From Ascoidea asiatica JCM 7603 (lineage: Eukaryota; Fungi; Ascomycota), in contig BCKQ01000001.1 in assembly GCA_001600695.1 (NCBI GenBank), positions 847,014-911,013 on the forward strand: a stretch of DNA of 64,000 bases, written 5' to 3'. Shown here piece by piece: positions 49,401 to 59,956 of the stretch. The position numbers and the translations under genes are program-made. Position 1 is the stretch's first letter. Every line of letters begins with the position of its first letter. Under the pieces are notes generated by a model. The model was not told where the DNA came from. It worked only from the letters and a program-made list of their open reading frames with translations, and searched no databases.

Positions 49401-49832
49401 ATCATTTCTATGTAAAGTATTTAAGAAAACTTTAGTATTAAAATTTTTTGAACTTATTAAAAATTTTTGACTTTTTGATAAAATTTCGTTTTCATTTTCA
49501 ATTTGAGTTTGATTTTGATTTTGTAAAACATATTTTGTTCTTTGAATTGTAGATTTAAATAAACCTAAAGGATCAGGTTCATCAATTATTTGAAATTCAG
49601 TTTTATCTTGATCATCAGTTAAACTTTTAAGAAGTACAGCAGCTTTATCAACATCATTTATATCATCTTTATTATAATCAAAATCTATTGACATCCAATC
49701 ATTTTTTGATGTTGGCGTTAAAGTTTTCAATTGATAAAATTTCAATAATGAATCATCATCTGGATCAATTGAATTTTGGATATTTGTATTAGAATCGAGA
49801 GAAGAATTATTATTCTGGGCATAAGATTCCAT
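46494..49832 (-). CDS. SEC5: Exocyst subunit Sec5
   Basis: LLKFYQL, EPDPLG, FLISSKNFN...FL..LH..DSF..L, LVENEFAKFVKVKSSLD and F.LP..L. Confidence 0.92.
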   Translation of the reverse strand: MESYAQNNNSSLDSNTNIQNSIDPDDDSLLKFYQLKTLTPTSKNDWMSIDFDYNKDDINDVDKAAVLLKSLTDDQDKTEFQIIDEPDPLGLFKSTIQRTKYVLQNQNQTQIENENEILSKSQKFLISSKNFNTKVFLNTLHRNDSFNQLNKSLDYLESSIAKQSQELQYLVENEFAKFVKVKSSLDRVFEEFINSGLSENSDNDYLLNNNKNNTKNIKEKKKTELMSLKETINISNSKVSSIIKPIIDNKQKEQHIKSALKFVEKNRYLFDLPKTLLNHIENNDYESLIQDYKKGRDFISNSSLNGNPLSQSPLLESLSRNSSRNNSRNPSRNVSRNVSRVPSNTNLDLDSNINNNNNSDNEKDVGISGTNDPYSITNDQSQRVLDRIWEEVEAIVDSYKKDTWDALAKTTLSDSSHISLISKLLELGVEDNPITAWIDFQYNSIYDEINENFEKLLKKIITFQKTILNTTNSTDVSFIQFLSRSDDKNNDENDENDENENNNNKNNNNNNNNNKNNKNSNDNNKSDNNLNNNDSSKSNSISERTNNFNHGLVDSTHITEMWLVIKRLIDDIVIIESNRIILFWAQCRLFIENKIQLTLPKGYKNESEAHLILQSYEIQNIEKNGENLIKLICINLQSFFNSSQKNLSNILFKKNSFDRLKVNEVFKVRKPDDYGFLPPFANSIGTVRYLKKFLISISASFIKLGNIKIKNTVEILRNTHLNIVRLIIEAICSTWVNDSSSFNIIDERLLSISLLRFLSLESSDGDLNSLITIPKVIRDYENLMMISIKNVLYIQDYLSKKVEQDKKLLYGTGNRSTDELDNLNFDNDVRIISYPSRETLVGVHSMFSSNLKLLLEGLSKNINEISKKSNNLNKVENQSDGLSKLFEIHTQNENIAGDLIKLLCMNNLSQLSKEIVPGIVKSYDSIFNINLSGKSLTIWPQLSLMEEKIFSSYCNEKKENLSEIIKTGVRSFNWKNNQPPKKISNFVYESLTYLIMIHSSIVLISKDLIPKIMKELQEYITGTLLEEIGNVNEFSVSGFQQISSDIEFLKIIFDNTYGSSKYGFSSKSLRDLDTIYNSIMRSKTDPKVIIESVRRLVESNVKSSSTTFSCFK

Positions 49833-50444
49833 GACTAGTTTGAGTTTAAATTTTCTGCTTTATTTTCTTATTCATATCCAATGCACTAATAGTTATCATT
49901 CATTTCGATGTCATAAACAAGCAAATAAACAAATAAACAAATAATTAAATAAATTCGTAAAAAGATCAAAAAAGGCCCATTATTTTAAACACAGCACATA
50001 ATTGAGATAAACATCAGCATTTGAAGCTTGCATATTTAGGTTTAAGTCAGGGCTGTGGTTAAATCTGTAAATATGTGCGATTTTGGGAGGTATTTTTCAT
50101 GTAAGGCATAATTTAAAAGTTTAGATTGTTAGTTAGTATCCCTATATATAGAGGGTTTTCTGGTGTGCCCACCCTGTCCAATATCAGGGGATGGGTTTGC
50201 GAAGTGCCAAGTTCCCATCATCAAAAGGCTGTTTTTAATCAAGCTCAGGAGAAGAATCAAAAAGAAAACAAACCCAAAGAAATGCATTTATCAAATTGAC
50301 AATTAAAAACGTATTATATTAAGACATCTATTTCTTGGATTTTTGTATCAATTGTTATCAATAATTTGCAATTTTCAGTTACAAATTATCAAATATCAAT
50401 TATAACTACTAATATATCCAACAGATTCAAAATACTTTTTCAAA

Positions 50445-51164
50445 ATGTCAGGAGAATTACCAGCCTTTACAACCCCACAACAATTTCAAAAAAAAAGATA
50501 TAATCTTTATCATCAACCAACTGGGGAAGCTCCTTTATATAAGCAAAAACCACAAGAATTAGCATTCATTCCACAACAAGCAACTGGTGAATCTGAAGCT
50601 CTTTATAGAAATTGTGTTGGTATGTTTCAAGCTGTTGATATTGATAGATCTGGTACTCTTGCACCAAGAGAATTAGCTGATGCTTTATATAGAACTTTTG
50701 GATCAAGATTTGAACCTTCAACAATAAGATTAATGATTAAATTATTTGATACAGATAATTCTAATCTTTTAGATTTTAGAGAATTTTATTTTTTAAATAA
50801 TTATTTAAAATATTGGAGAAGTTCATTTTATCAAATGGATTTAGATAGATCAGGTACAATTACTTTAAATGAATATCTGAATACAGTCAAAAAATTTGGT
50901 TATAATTTAAATCCAAATCTTGTTACTTTTATTTTCAATAAATTTGCAAGATTTGATTATAATGCACTTATGCAAAATCCATTTTCTGGCGGTTATGCAA
51001 ATAATAATGATACAGTTAATATGAAATTTGGTAATTTTGTTGAAAGTTTAGTTTGGTTATTAAGATTTACAAATGTATTTAGAAAATATGACAGAAATAA
51101 TGATGGTGTTGCTCTGTTTAATTTTGATAGTTTCCTTTTTGAAGAATTAACTTTATTACTCTAA
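50445..51164 (+). CDS. PEF1: Penta-EF-hand protein (Pef1/peflin)
   Basis: EF loops DIDRSGTL..RE, DTDNSN.LDFREF, DLDRSGTITLNE and DRNNDG; FVESLVWL.R.T..F. Confidence 0.88.
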   Translation: MSGELPAFTTPQQFQKKRYNLYHQPTGEAPLYKQKPQELAFIPQQATGESEALYRNCVGMFQAVDIDRSGTLAPRELADALYRTFGSRFEPSTIRLMIKLFDTDNSNLLDFREFYFLNNYLKYWRSSFYQMDLDRSGTITLNEYLNTVKKFGYNLNPNLVTFIFNKFARFDYNALMQNPFSGGYANNNDTVNMKFGNFVESLVWLLRFTNVFRKYDRNNDGVALFNFDSFLFEELTLLL

Positions 51165-51496
51165 ATGATCACCATAGAGAAGTAAATTAAAATGAACCTT
51201 TTCTGTTTTTTTTTTTTTGATTTTTAGTTTATTTCAAAAAATTTGCAATTTTGTCTTGTTATTCTTATTCTTAATTCATTTCTTAATATTATTTCATATA
51301 CTTTTATTATTCTTAAACTAGTAATTTATTTTAGTTTTTTTTTTCTTCTTCAATTGTAATTAAAGTCTAAGAGACTCGATGGGTGAAGATATTCAAGAAA
51401 ATAGAGAAAAGAATATATATATTTTCTGGATTGGATTTAAATGAATATATAATTTCTGATTATGACTATTTACAAAGACACGATTTCTAGTTGATT

Positions 51497-51802
51497 TTAG
51501 TTTGGTAATTCTTCATTATGGTCCTTTTCCTTTTGAGGAAACTCGGTTGATACTTGGACACCATCTTCAGAAAACACAGGTATTGGAATATCCTGTCTTA
51601 AATGTCCATCTTTTTTTAATTGTTCTCTTTATGAATTGTTAGTATTTTAAATTTATTTTTCATTATGATAGCTCCTAGTTCATATTAGTAATATCACTTA
51701 ATTTACTCACATTACAATAGGCTGGAAAAATTTCACTCCACTATACCATCCAATAGCTGCCACTGAAACAATAGCAAACACATCAAAACCTCTAATTCCC
51801 AT
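51497..51802 (-). CDS. Small membrane protein, Ecm19-like; exons 51711-51802 and 51497-51626, 73 aa
   Basis: Intron 51627-51710 GTGAGT...TACTAAC...AAG. Product MGIRGFDVFAIVSVAAIGWYSGVKFFQPIVIEQLKKDGHLRQDIPIPVFSEDG... The FF.PIVI..L..DG.LR.DIPIP motif is recalled from Ecm19. Not in the ORF track. Confidence 0.8.
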
Positions 51803-52194
51803 TTTTATAATATTGTTTTCATTTGCTTTTTAACTTTTTTGTTCTTTTTTGTTCTTTTTCAACACTGATAGTAATAAGATAATATTCAAAGTATTAAAAA
51901 GCAATAATAATAATATATAAACATTTAAATTATCATCTTCTTCCTTCAATATTTCTATTTCATTTTATTTTTCTGGTAGGAAGCCAGATCTACGGTACTT
52001 CTTACCTTACTCTATTCTGGGAATTTATTCTCATATTTTTACTTGCATGAAAGAACCAATTTAAAAACACCAGAACCAATTTAGAAGTAAAGAATAATTT
52101 ATTATTCAGATCATTAAAAAACAAAATTAAATTGTTCTGATTATTTTTTACTGATTACTTTGAATATTTATTTCATTGAACAAATTTATAAAAA

Positions 52195-52581
52195 ATGGGT
52201 ATTTTGAGTTGGTTTTCTTTTTCTCAACCTTCTGAAAATGACTCCAATTCAGTCTCAAGCTCAAGTAAGAGCCCCCAAAGCACTATCAATAAAACAGAAA
52301 ATTCAAGTAGAGCCATAGATCTTAGTGCAAAAAAAAAAGAAGAGGAAGAGGTTTTTGATAATGATGACGATGCTGATGATGATGATGAACCTGACGAATG
52401 GGACAAAAGAATAATGAAAACTGGATGTGCAGAGGAGAATCTAAAGCTACAATTATGCCATGCAGACACTGGAGATTGGAGGCAATGTCTTAAAGAAATG
52501 GATGCATTTAAAAAATGTTGGAATAATCATAATAATAATCAAAGAACATTCACAAAAGATAATCCTGATCCGAAGGTGTAA
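52195..52581 (+). CDS. COA4: Cytochrome c oxidase assembly factor Coa4 (twin CX9C)
   Basis: DEWDKRIMKTGCAEENLKLQLCHADTGDWRQCLKEMDAFKKCW. Confidence 0.93.
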   Translation: MGILSWFSFSQPSENDSNSVSSSSKSPQSTINKTENSSRAIDLSAKKKEEEEVFDNDDDADDDDEPDEWDKRIMKTGCAEENLKLQLCHADTGDWRQCLKEMDAFKKCWNNHNNNQRTFTKDNPDPKV

Positions 52582-52863
52582 ATGTGTAGAATGATTGATT
52601 AACAGTTAACGTTCAATGAATAATGATTACAATGTGTATTATACAGTATATACTTTGAAGTATAAATTTAAATATGAAAATGTAAATGAAAATGAAAATG
52701 AAAATGAAAATAATGAAATAATAAATAAGTTCTTGTTAATAGTTCAATTGATTTCAAAATAATATTAATCTTCCAGTATGACAAATTGAATTGATCAATA
52801 TTTAATCTCATTTCGTAGTTGTGTTACTTGAAATTCTCTAAATCGATATACAAATATTTTATT

Positions 52864-53394
52864 TTATGTTGATTTATTTTCTGTAACTTCTGGTGCCTCG
52901 GATTCTTCGCTTTTACTTTCAATTTTATTTTTCAATTTATGTTTCTCTTTAGCTTGTTTTCTTTTCAATCTTTTTAATCTATTTTTTTCAGTTTTAGAAT
53001 CATCCATTTCTTTATATTTTTGTTTCAATTTATTAAATTCTTCTTTATTTTTGATTATTTCATCTCGTTCTTTTATAATCTTCATTCTTTGAGTTTCTTT
53101 ATCTTTTTGTCTTTTATATAAATGATATTGATCAGATCCTGCCCCAGCTATAGAAGATTTAATATTATAATTTATATCTGGAATGCTTTCGATTAATCTT
53201 TTTTCTCTTTCATTATATTCTTGAATTGCATCTTTTTTCAAATCTAGTTTTATTTTTTTACTTGGATTTGATAGTAGTTTTTCTACATTTAATTTTTGTA
53301 ATTTTATAGGATCTGATATATTTGTTGATTTCGTTTTTTTATTTGGTTTGCTTATTTTAGATGTTTCTTTATGATTTTTCATATTTGAACTCAT
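52864..53394 (-). CDS. PRKRIP1-like (DUF1168) spliceosome-associated protein
   Basis: SS.AGAGS..YH.YK....E..R motif and KTEKNR.KR.KRK. Confidence 0.82.
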   Translation of the reverse strand: MSSNMKNHKETSKISKPNKKTKSTNISDPIKLQKLNVEKLLSNPSKKIKLDLKKDAIQEYNEREKRLIESIPDINYNIKSSIAGAGSDQYHLYKRQKDKETQRMKIIKERDEIIKNKEEFNKLKQKYKEMDDSKTEKNRLKRLKRKQAKEKHKLKNKIESKSEESEAPEVTENKST

Positions 53395-53917
53395 GCCTTT
53401 TTTTAATTGATTAATTATTCAATCTTTTAACGTGTTAAATACTTGAATCAGTAACTTCAATTAATTTATTTGAGGTTTTATAACTTATATTAATAAATAA
53501 GTTTAATCTTTATCTCGATAGAATATTATAAAATAACCGACTGTCAATACGCACTGCAGTAATATTTTTTTTCTAAAGTTTCACGGCTTATGAGAAAAAT
53601 CGTATAATCTTTTCCTATTTATCTCCTAAGATCCTAATAAAGATTAAAATGAAAAAGTATATAATAAAGATATTAGTAAAAGAGATTTAAATCAATTCAT
53701 TGACCCGATGTTAAGAGTGCTTTACTAATTGATATATGCTACAAATCTAGTATAAATTAATAGTTTTAAGATGATGAAATGGGAATATATTATTGTTTAA
53801 CTAGCGTAATAAATTTTAAGGCATAAAAAACTAAAAATTAGAAATAAAAAAGACAAAAAAAAGAATGTAGATGAAATAATCTATTTAAATAATTAGGATG
53901 AAAAAAAAGAAGAAAAA

Positions 53918-55189
53918 CTAAAGTGGGTATGAATTTGGTTCACTTTCATTGGTATAACCTTCAGCTTCTTGTTCTTTTGCTCTTTTTTCAAGATATGGTA
54001 ATAAAATATCTTTAAATTTAGTATAACCTCTATATTCTTGAACATCCTCATCCCAACTATTAATACCATTTAATAATCTTCTTGGTACATATGGTTCTTC
54101 ACACATTTTTGTTACAGGTAAAAAATAAGTTCTAATTGTAAAAGCAATTGAACCAGTTTTTGGTAATCTACTAACACTTTGTCTTTCACTTCTATAATAA
54201 ATTTGATTAATAGTTGTTGCTTCAGGCGCAGTATACCAACCAATTGGATCAGTATCTTCATTACCAATTGAAAATGACCAAGCAATATCATCATCAGTTT
54301 GAATGAAATAATTATTTCTTACAACAGGTTTATCACAAGTTAATCTTGAAAAAAATTTATCCATACTTTTTCTTAATTTTTCATTATATTTTGGTACATC
54401 AGCTTCAGTATGAATTGCATATAAAGGTAAATTAAGTTTATCTTTTAATCTCCAAAAACCTGCTAAAAGAATTGCACCAGCTTTTAAATAATATAAACCA
54501 TCTTCACCTTCAATCATTATAGCTAAATCATCTTGAGTTAATTTAGCTGCAATTAACATTGGATCTTCTTTTAAAGGTCTTTCAAGTATATTAAAAGTTT
54601 CTTTGGTTACAAGATTATCTAAAACTCCAGTTTCAGGATCATATTTAAATAAAGTTGGATATCTTTTACTTAAATAATCAACTAAATTTTCAAGATATTC
54701 ATAAGCAGCATTCATTGCAATTGGTAAAGTACCATATAATTCTTCACCTTTTTCCTTTATTCTTTCTAATTTTCTATTATGATATTTAAGCCATTGATTA
54801 TCTAATTCAATCCATGAATTCCAATCCATTGATCTTATACCCATAGTAATATAATAATTATGTTTAAAAGCTCTATATGGAATAGGTTCAGTTTTTTCAA
54901 TATCCCAATTTTCAAATGGAGTTGGATCAGGTCTTTTAAAATCTTCTGGAGTCCAAGTTCCTGGAATTCTAGTTTTATTTTTAATTACAGCATTACTTAA
55001 TGGTTTTGATAATGTTTTAGATTTAGATTTAGATTTTGTATTTGAATTTGAATTTGTTGTTAAAAAAGTTTTAATTGTTATAGTTCCAATTATAGAAATT
55101 AATAAACCTGATAATACAATATATGAGGAATAATGCTTTTCACTAAATGAAGATTTTATATTTGATATTGAAGCTAAAACAAGAGACAT
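53918..55189 (-). CDS. DUF3445 / HRQ-family (heme-dependent oxidative N-demethylase alpha-like) protein with N-terminal TM helix
   Basis: PYRAF, ITMGIRSM.W..WIELD, QDDLAIM, GFWRLKDK, IH...VP.Y..KL, RNNYFIQ and RSERQS..RLPKTG...FTIRTY. Confidence 0.85.
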   Translation of the reverse strand: MSLVLASISNIKSSFSEKHYSSYIVLSGLLISIIGTITIKTFLTTNSNSNTKSKSKSKTLSKPLSNAVIKNKTRIPGTWTPEDFKRPDPTPFENWDIEKTEPIPYRAFKHNYYITMGIRSMDWNSWIELDNQWLKYHNRKLERIKEKGEELYGTLPIAMNAAYEYLENLVDYLSKRYPTLFKYDPETGVLDNLVTKETFNILERPLKEDPMLIAAKLTQDDLAIMIEGEDGLYYLKAGAILLAGFWRLKDKLNLPLYAIHTEADVPKYNEKLRKSMDKFFSRLTCDKPVVRNNYFIQTDDDIAWSFSIGNEDTDPIGWYTAPEATTINQIYYRSERQSVSRLPKTGSIAFTIRTYFLPVTKMCEEPYVPRRLLNGINSWDEDVQEYRGYTKFKDILLPYLEKRAKEQEAEGYTNESEPNSYPL

Positions 55190-56794
55190 TTTTAATATAA
55201 GTTATAATATATAATTTATTATATTAATTATATAAATATATTAAAAGAAATAATGTTATAAAAATTATAATGTGAATATAATGAAATTAAAATGAGATTC
55301 AAATTAAAAATAAAAATTAAAAGGAAACAATATTAGAAGTATTTATATTAAGTATTAAATAGATAAATGATAAAATTTAAATTAGAAATTATAGATTAAA
55401 ATTTTAAATGTAATTAAATCAGCTAATTAAAGAATTATGATTGATAATTGAAAATTGATAATCTATAATGGAAATTTATTGGATCAAAATATCATAAGGG
55501 AAAAAAATTTAAGAATTTTAAGAATTTCAAGGAATAAGGAATAAGGAATTCCATATTTTACAAATTGTTATTACTATGAGTAAGTAAATGGATGTGGTTT
55601 AATTTACCTATTGAAAACATATAAGCAAAATGATTTTTCAATTATTTATTTACTATTTACTAAGCTTATTTACTGTCAATAAAATTAGTAGTGAAACTAG
55701 TTATTAATTAAGATGAACTTTGTTTATAATTTCAGTATTATATTAAGGAATATAGTTTTTTCTTCAAAGGTATTAAAATCAGAGAAGAATATTATAACTG
55801 CTTTAGTTAAGGTTGCGAAATAATTTTAAGTGTTTATTGATTATTGCTATGCAGAAAGTTTGATTTGAATTCTAGTTGAATAAAGTGCTGTATGTATGAT
55901 AAGAAGAAAACTTCCGAATTGGGTTAATATACGCATCGCTCGATGATGAAATCATTCACTATGGTTTTGTAGGGTATTGTATGGTTTGGTTGGCATATAT
56001 TTTATTCGTCTGTCTGGTTTAATAGTGGGATTTTTTATTAAGAGTAATTACATAAGTAATGAGTAACTAAAATTAATAATAAATAACGATAATACTAGAA
56101 TAAGTTGGTTTTGGGAGTCGTCAATTGTAAATAAAAACAAAGAACATGAAAAACATTATAAAAATCACCTCATTTTTTGTTGAGGAAACTTAGAAAATTT
56201 TAAATACATTTTTCAATAGAGTCTATTTACATTTGAGAGTGTTTCTTTCATGTAATTAACATCGTAATTGATAGCATTATTATCATTTTTATCATAATCA
56301 TCGCAATTCTTAAATCAAAAAAGTGGATTAAAAACGAAGTTTCCGAGAAGCAAAGCAAAAAAAAGAAGTTTTGGCAATCAATTTTTCAAGTTGCTGAGAG
56401 ACCATCTTTGTGGGTCTTCTTTAAAAAGTAATGACGTGTATTGAAGCAACTACAAGTTGTTCCATCCCTATGGTGGTACCATTGTAATGGATCCCTGTCA
56501 AGTGACACAAGCCAATATAAGAGATCGCCCCCGTGAAGATTAAACCCAAAATAAACCCAGATCTGAAATATTTTTGTATTGAAGCTAGTTCCAAATTTCT
56601 AATTTTCGGATTCCAGTTTCTGATTTTGGGTCTTGCTTTAATTTTAGGTCTTGAAAGTGATCCAGTCCTTCTACATATTTTTGATTTATTATTTTATTGT
56701 TCTTTTGTATTGTTCAGTGATTTTACATAATTGATCTGAGAAAAATGCTATTCTAAAGTAAAAAACTGATGAAAAACTGAAGCCAAAACAAGAT

Positions 56795-57535
56795 TCAGAG
56801 AATATTCCAAACATCTTCACACCCATGACAAAATTTACTGCAAGCTACAGAAGCTGATAAAGGATATTGAGAAACACCAATTTTTTCATCAATCCATTCA
56901 TCAGCAAAATTATCTTTACCTCTTGCCATTGCACCAACAAATACACATATACTTTCATTTTCACCTAAAGTTTCAATATAACTTTGAACTTTTATTACTG
57001 GAGCTTCAAATGATAAAGTAATTTTACGACAATTTGTTGGTAAATGATCTGTAATTGGATTTTTAATAACTTTTAATAATTTCTCTTGAGAATTTACACT
57101 TCTTATAGATAATTTATGTAATAATTGTACCATTAAACCTGAAAATCTTTTAAAAGTTCTTGGAATTCTAACACTTGGATTAATTTCTATTAATACACCT
57201 CTTGCAGTTTGTATATAAACTTGTAATTTACCTGCTTTATTAATTGGTGAATCTAATAATGTTAATAAACATTGATGAGTTATATCTGGTCTTGCTTCTG
57301 CAATATCTCTACCCATTTTTTTCAATAATCCTTGATGATCATCACAATTCAATAATGCATATTTATCTCCTCCAGGTCCTCCAGTACTCATCTTATGAGT
57401 CTCGAGACATGCCTGTGATAGCACTACTATGAGTCTTTTAGTATCTTTATCCTTTGAAGTTAATGCTTGTGGTCTCTTAGGCACTAATGAAGATGGTAAT
57501 TCCTCACCTGTTTTCTCTTGTTCTTCTCTACCCAT
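56795..57535 (-). CDS. NEP1: 18S rRNA pseudouridine methyltransferase Nep1/Emg1
   Basis: [44 protein letters not shown] and YPLSASVAC. First ATG at 57535. Confidence 0.97.
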   Translation of the reverse strand: MGREEQEKTGEELPSSLVPKRPQALTSKDKDTKRLIVVLSQACLETHKMSTGGPGGDKYALLNCDDHQGLLKKMGRDIAEARPDITHQCLLTLLDSPINKAGKLQVYIQTARGVLIEINPSVRIPRTFKRFSGLMVQLLHKLSIRSVNSQEKLLKVIKNPITDHLPTNCRKITLSFEAPVIKVQSYIETLGENESICVFVGAMARGKDNFADEWIDEKIGVSQYPLSASVACSKFCHGCEDVWNIL

Positions 57536-58203
57536 TTTCAATATTCAATTTCACCTATTCTTCCTAACTAAACTATTCTCCAGTCAATACACTATATTAT
57601 AATATGAAATATCAGATTATTGTCTTTCTTCTTCTTCTTCTTTCTAAATCTGTCAACAGTTTCGATTTCTCTTTCAGACTCTGAAAAAAATAAAATTTGC
57701 CAGATTTTTCCTGGAATTCTCTGCCGCTTCTGCCTCCGCATCCATGCACACGGAAGACCCTCCGAAGGCTAAATACCTTTCGAAACAGGACTTTAGCAAA
57801 TATTTCTAGTGCTCCTTAATAAAACGGGCTTTGAAGTTAACCATACTGATTAGCCACTCCTGCACCTGTTGTTCTCCCTGTACTTAACAGAATACCTTCT
57901 TGCTTCAACCTCTCAGTCCCCTAGTAATTTTAATATTAATAATCTTTAATCTATTACTTTGGTCTAAGATTTATCGGAACTTTTGATTATTTAAACCTTC
58001 TGTTGATTTAGCACCCAAAACATAAATTAATCTTAAGAAATGTATTATTAATCTAATCATTGCTTCAAAATTAAAAAAATATTCAGTATTTATATATATA
58101 TATATATATAGAAGGATATATATTCAATTGAAAAGAAAAATAACTAATATTGTTAAAAATTTTGTTAATGAATACATAAATATATATATACAATTACTTT
58201 TTA

Positions 58204-59622
58204 ATGAATACTATTAAAAAAATGGCTCCAGTTTTAAAACATTATGATTATTTAGTTATCGGCGGTGGTTCAGGTGGTGTTGCTTCTTCAAGAAGAGCTG
58301 CATCTTATGGTGCAAAAGTTTTATTAATTGAATCAAATAAAATGGGTGGAACTTGTGTTAATGTTGGTTGTGTACCAAAAAAAGTAATGTGGTATGCTTC
58401 TGATATGGCTTCAAAAATTGCAAATGCTAAAGAATATGGTTTTGATGTTAATCCAAATTTATCAAAAACTTTTAATTGGGAATATTTTAAACCAAAAAGA
58501 GACTCATATATTAAAAGATTAAATGGTATTTATGAAAAAAATTTAAAAAAGGAAGGTGTTGAATATATTTATGGTTATGCTTATTTTAATAAAGATGGTA
58601 AAATTGAAGTTAAAAATTCAAATAATGAAATTTCAACTTTTACTGCTGATAAAGTTTTAATTGCTACGGGTGGAAAACCAATTTTACCAACTAATATACC
58701 TGGCTATAATCTTGGTATTACAAGTGATGGTTTCTTTAGTTTAAATAAACAACCAAAAACTGTTGCAATTGTTGGTGCTGGTTATATTGGTATTGAATTT
58801 GCTGGTGTTTTTCATAATTTAGGTTCAAATACTCATCTTATTATTAGAGGTGAAACTGTTTTAAGAAAATTTGATGATTCAATTCAAGAAACTATCACAA
58901 ATCATTATGTCAATGAAGGTATTAACGTTCATAAATCTTCAAATGTTATTTCAGTTGAAAAAGTAAATATAGATGATCCTGAAAGTCAATTAAAAGTAAA
59001 TTTAAGTACTGGTAAATCAATTATTGTTGATACTTTAATATGGACTATTGGTAGAAAATCTTTATCTCATATTGGTTTAGAAAATGTTGGTGTTAAATTG
59101 AATAAAAATGAACAAATTACTGTTGATGAATATCAAAATTCAAATATTAAAAATATTTATTCATTAGGTGATGTTGTTGGTAATGTTGAATTAACTCCAG
59201 TTGCAATTGCAGCTGGTAGAAAATTAGCAAATAGATTATTTGGTCCTGAAAAATTCAAAAATCAAAAACAAGATTATACAAATATACCTTCAGTAATATT
59301 TTCTCATCCAGAAGCTGGTTCAATTGGTTTAAGTGAAAAAGAAGCAATTGAAAAATTTGGTAAAGATGATCTAAAAATTTATAAATCAAGATTTACTTCA
59401 ATGTATTATGCAATGTTAGAACATAAATCTCCAACAAGTTATAAATTAATTTGTCAAGGTGAAAATGAAAAAGTTGTTGGTTTACATATTGTTGGTGATG
59501 ATTCTGCTGAAATTTTACAAGGTTTTGGTGTTGCTATAAAAATGGGTGCAACTAAAGAAGATTTCGATAATTGTGTAGCTATTCATCCTACAAGTGCTGA
59601 AGAAATTGTTACTCTTCGTTAA
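58204..59622 (+). CDS. GLR1: Glutathione reductase
   Basis: [35 protein letters not shown] and AIHPTSAEE. Confidence 0.97.
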   Translation: MNTIKKMAPVLKHYDYLVIGGGSGGVASSRRAASYGAKVLLIESNKMGGTCVNVGCVPKKVMWYASDMASKIANAKEYGFDVNPNLSKTFNWEYFKPKRDSYIKRLNGIYEKNLKKEGVEYIYGYAYFNKDGKIEVKNSNNEISTFTADKVLIATGGKPILPTNIPGYNLGITSDGFFSLNKQPKTVAIVGAGYIGIEFAGVFHNLGSNTHLIIRGETVLRKFDDSIQETITNHYVNEGINVHKSSNVISVEKVNIDDPESQLKVNLSTGKSIIVDTLIWTIGRKSLSHIGLENVGVKLNKNEQITVDEYQNSNIKNIYSLGDVVGNVELTPVAIAAGRKLANRLFGPEKFKNQKQDYTNIPSVIFSHPEAGSIGLSEKEAIEKFGKDDLKIYKSRFTSMYYAMLEHKSPTSYKLICQGENEKVVGLHIVGDDSAEILQGFGVAIKMGATKEDFDNCVAIHPTSAEEIVTLR

Positions 59623-59956
59623 TTTACCAATTAATTCTTTTTACAACTTTTAGATGTACTGTATAGTTTAATTCAACTTTAAATATTAAACACTTTAATA
59701 CTGTAATAGAACTTAAATGTCATTTGTAATAATTCAAATACAAGTCTTATATCTTTCCCCAAAACAAATATAAAAAAAAGATATCAATTTAGTAAGGTTC
59801 TTTTTCTTTCAAGAAATTCCTGGATCGAATGTTCAATTGATTGATTGATTGATTAATTAATTAAGATTTTTTTTTTTATTCTACAAAAAATAACAAATAG
59901 TTTTTTTTTAAACAATTCTTAAGACATAAACATATTTATAAATATTACAAAAAAGT

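Noticed and set aside
55943-56020. Box C-like ATGATGA (also GTGATGA at 38293) as a snoRNA
   Set aside because: No suitably placed CTGA box D, terminal stem or recognisable rRNA guide.
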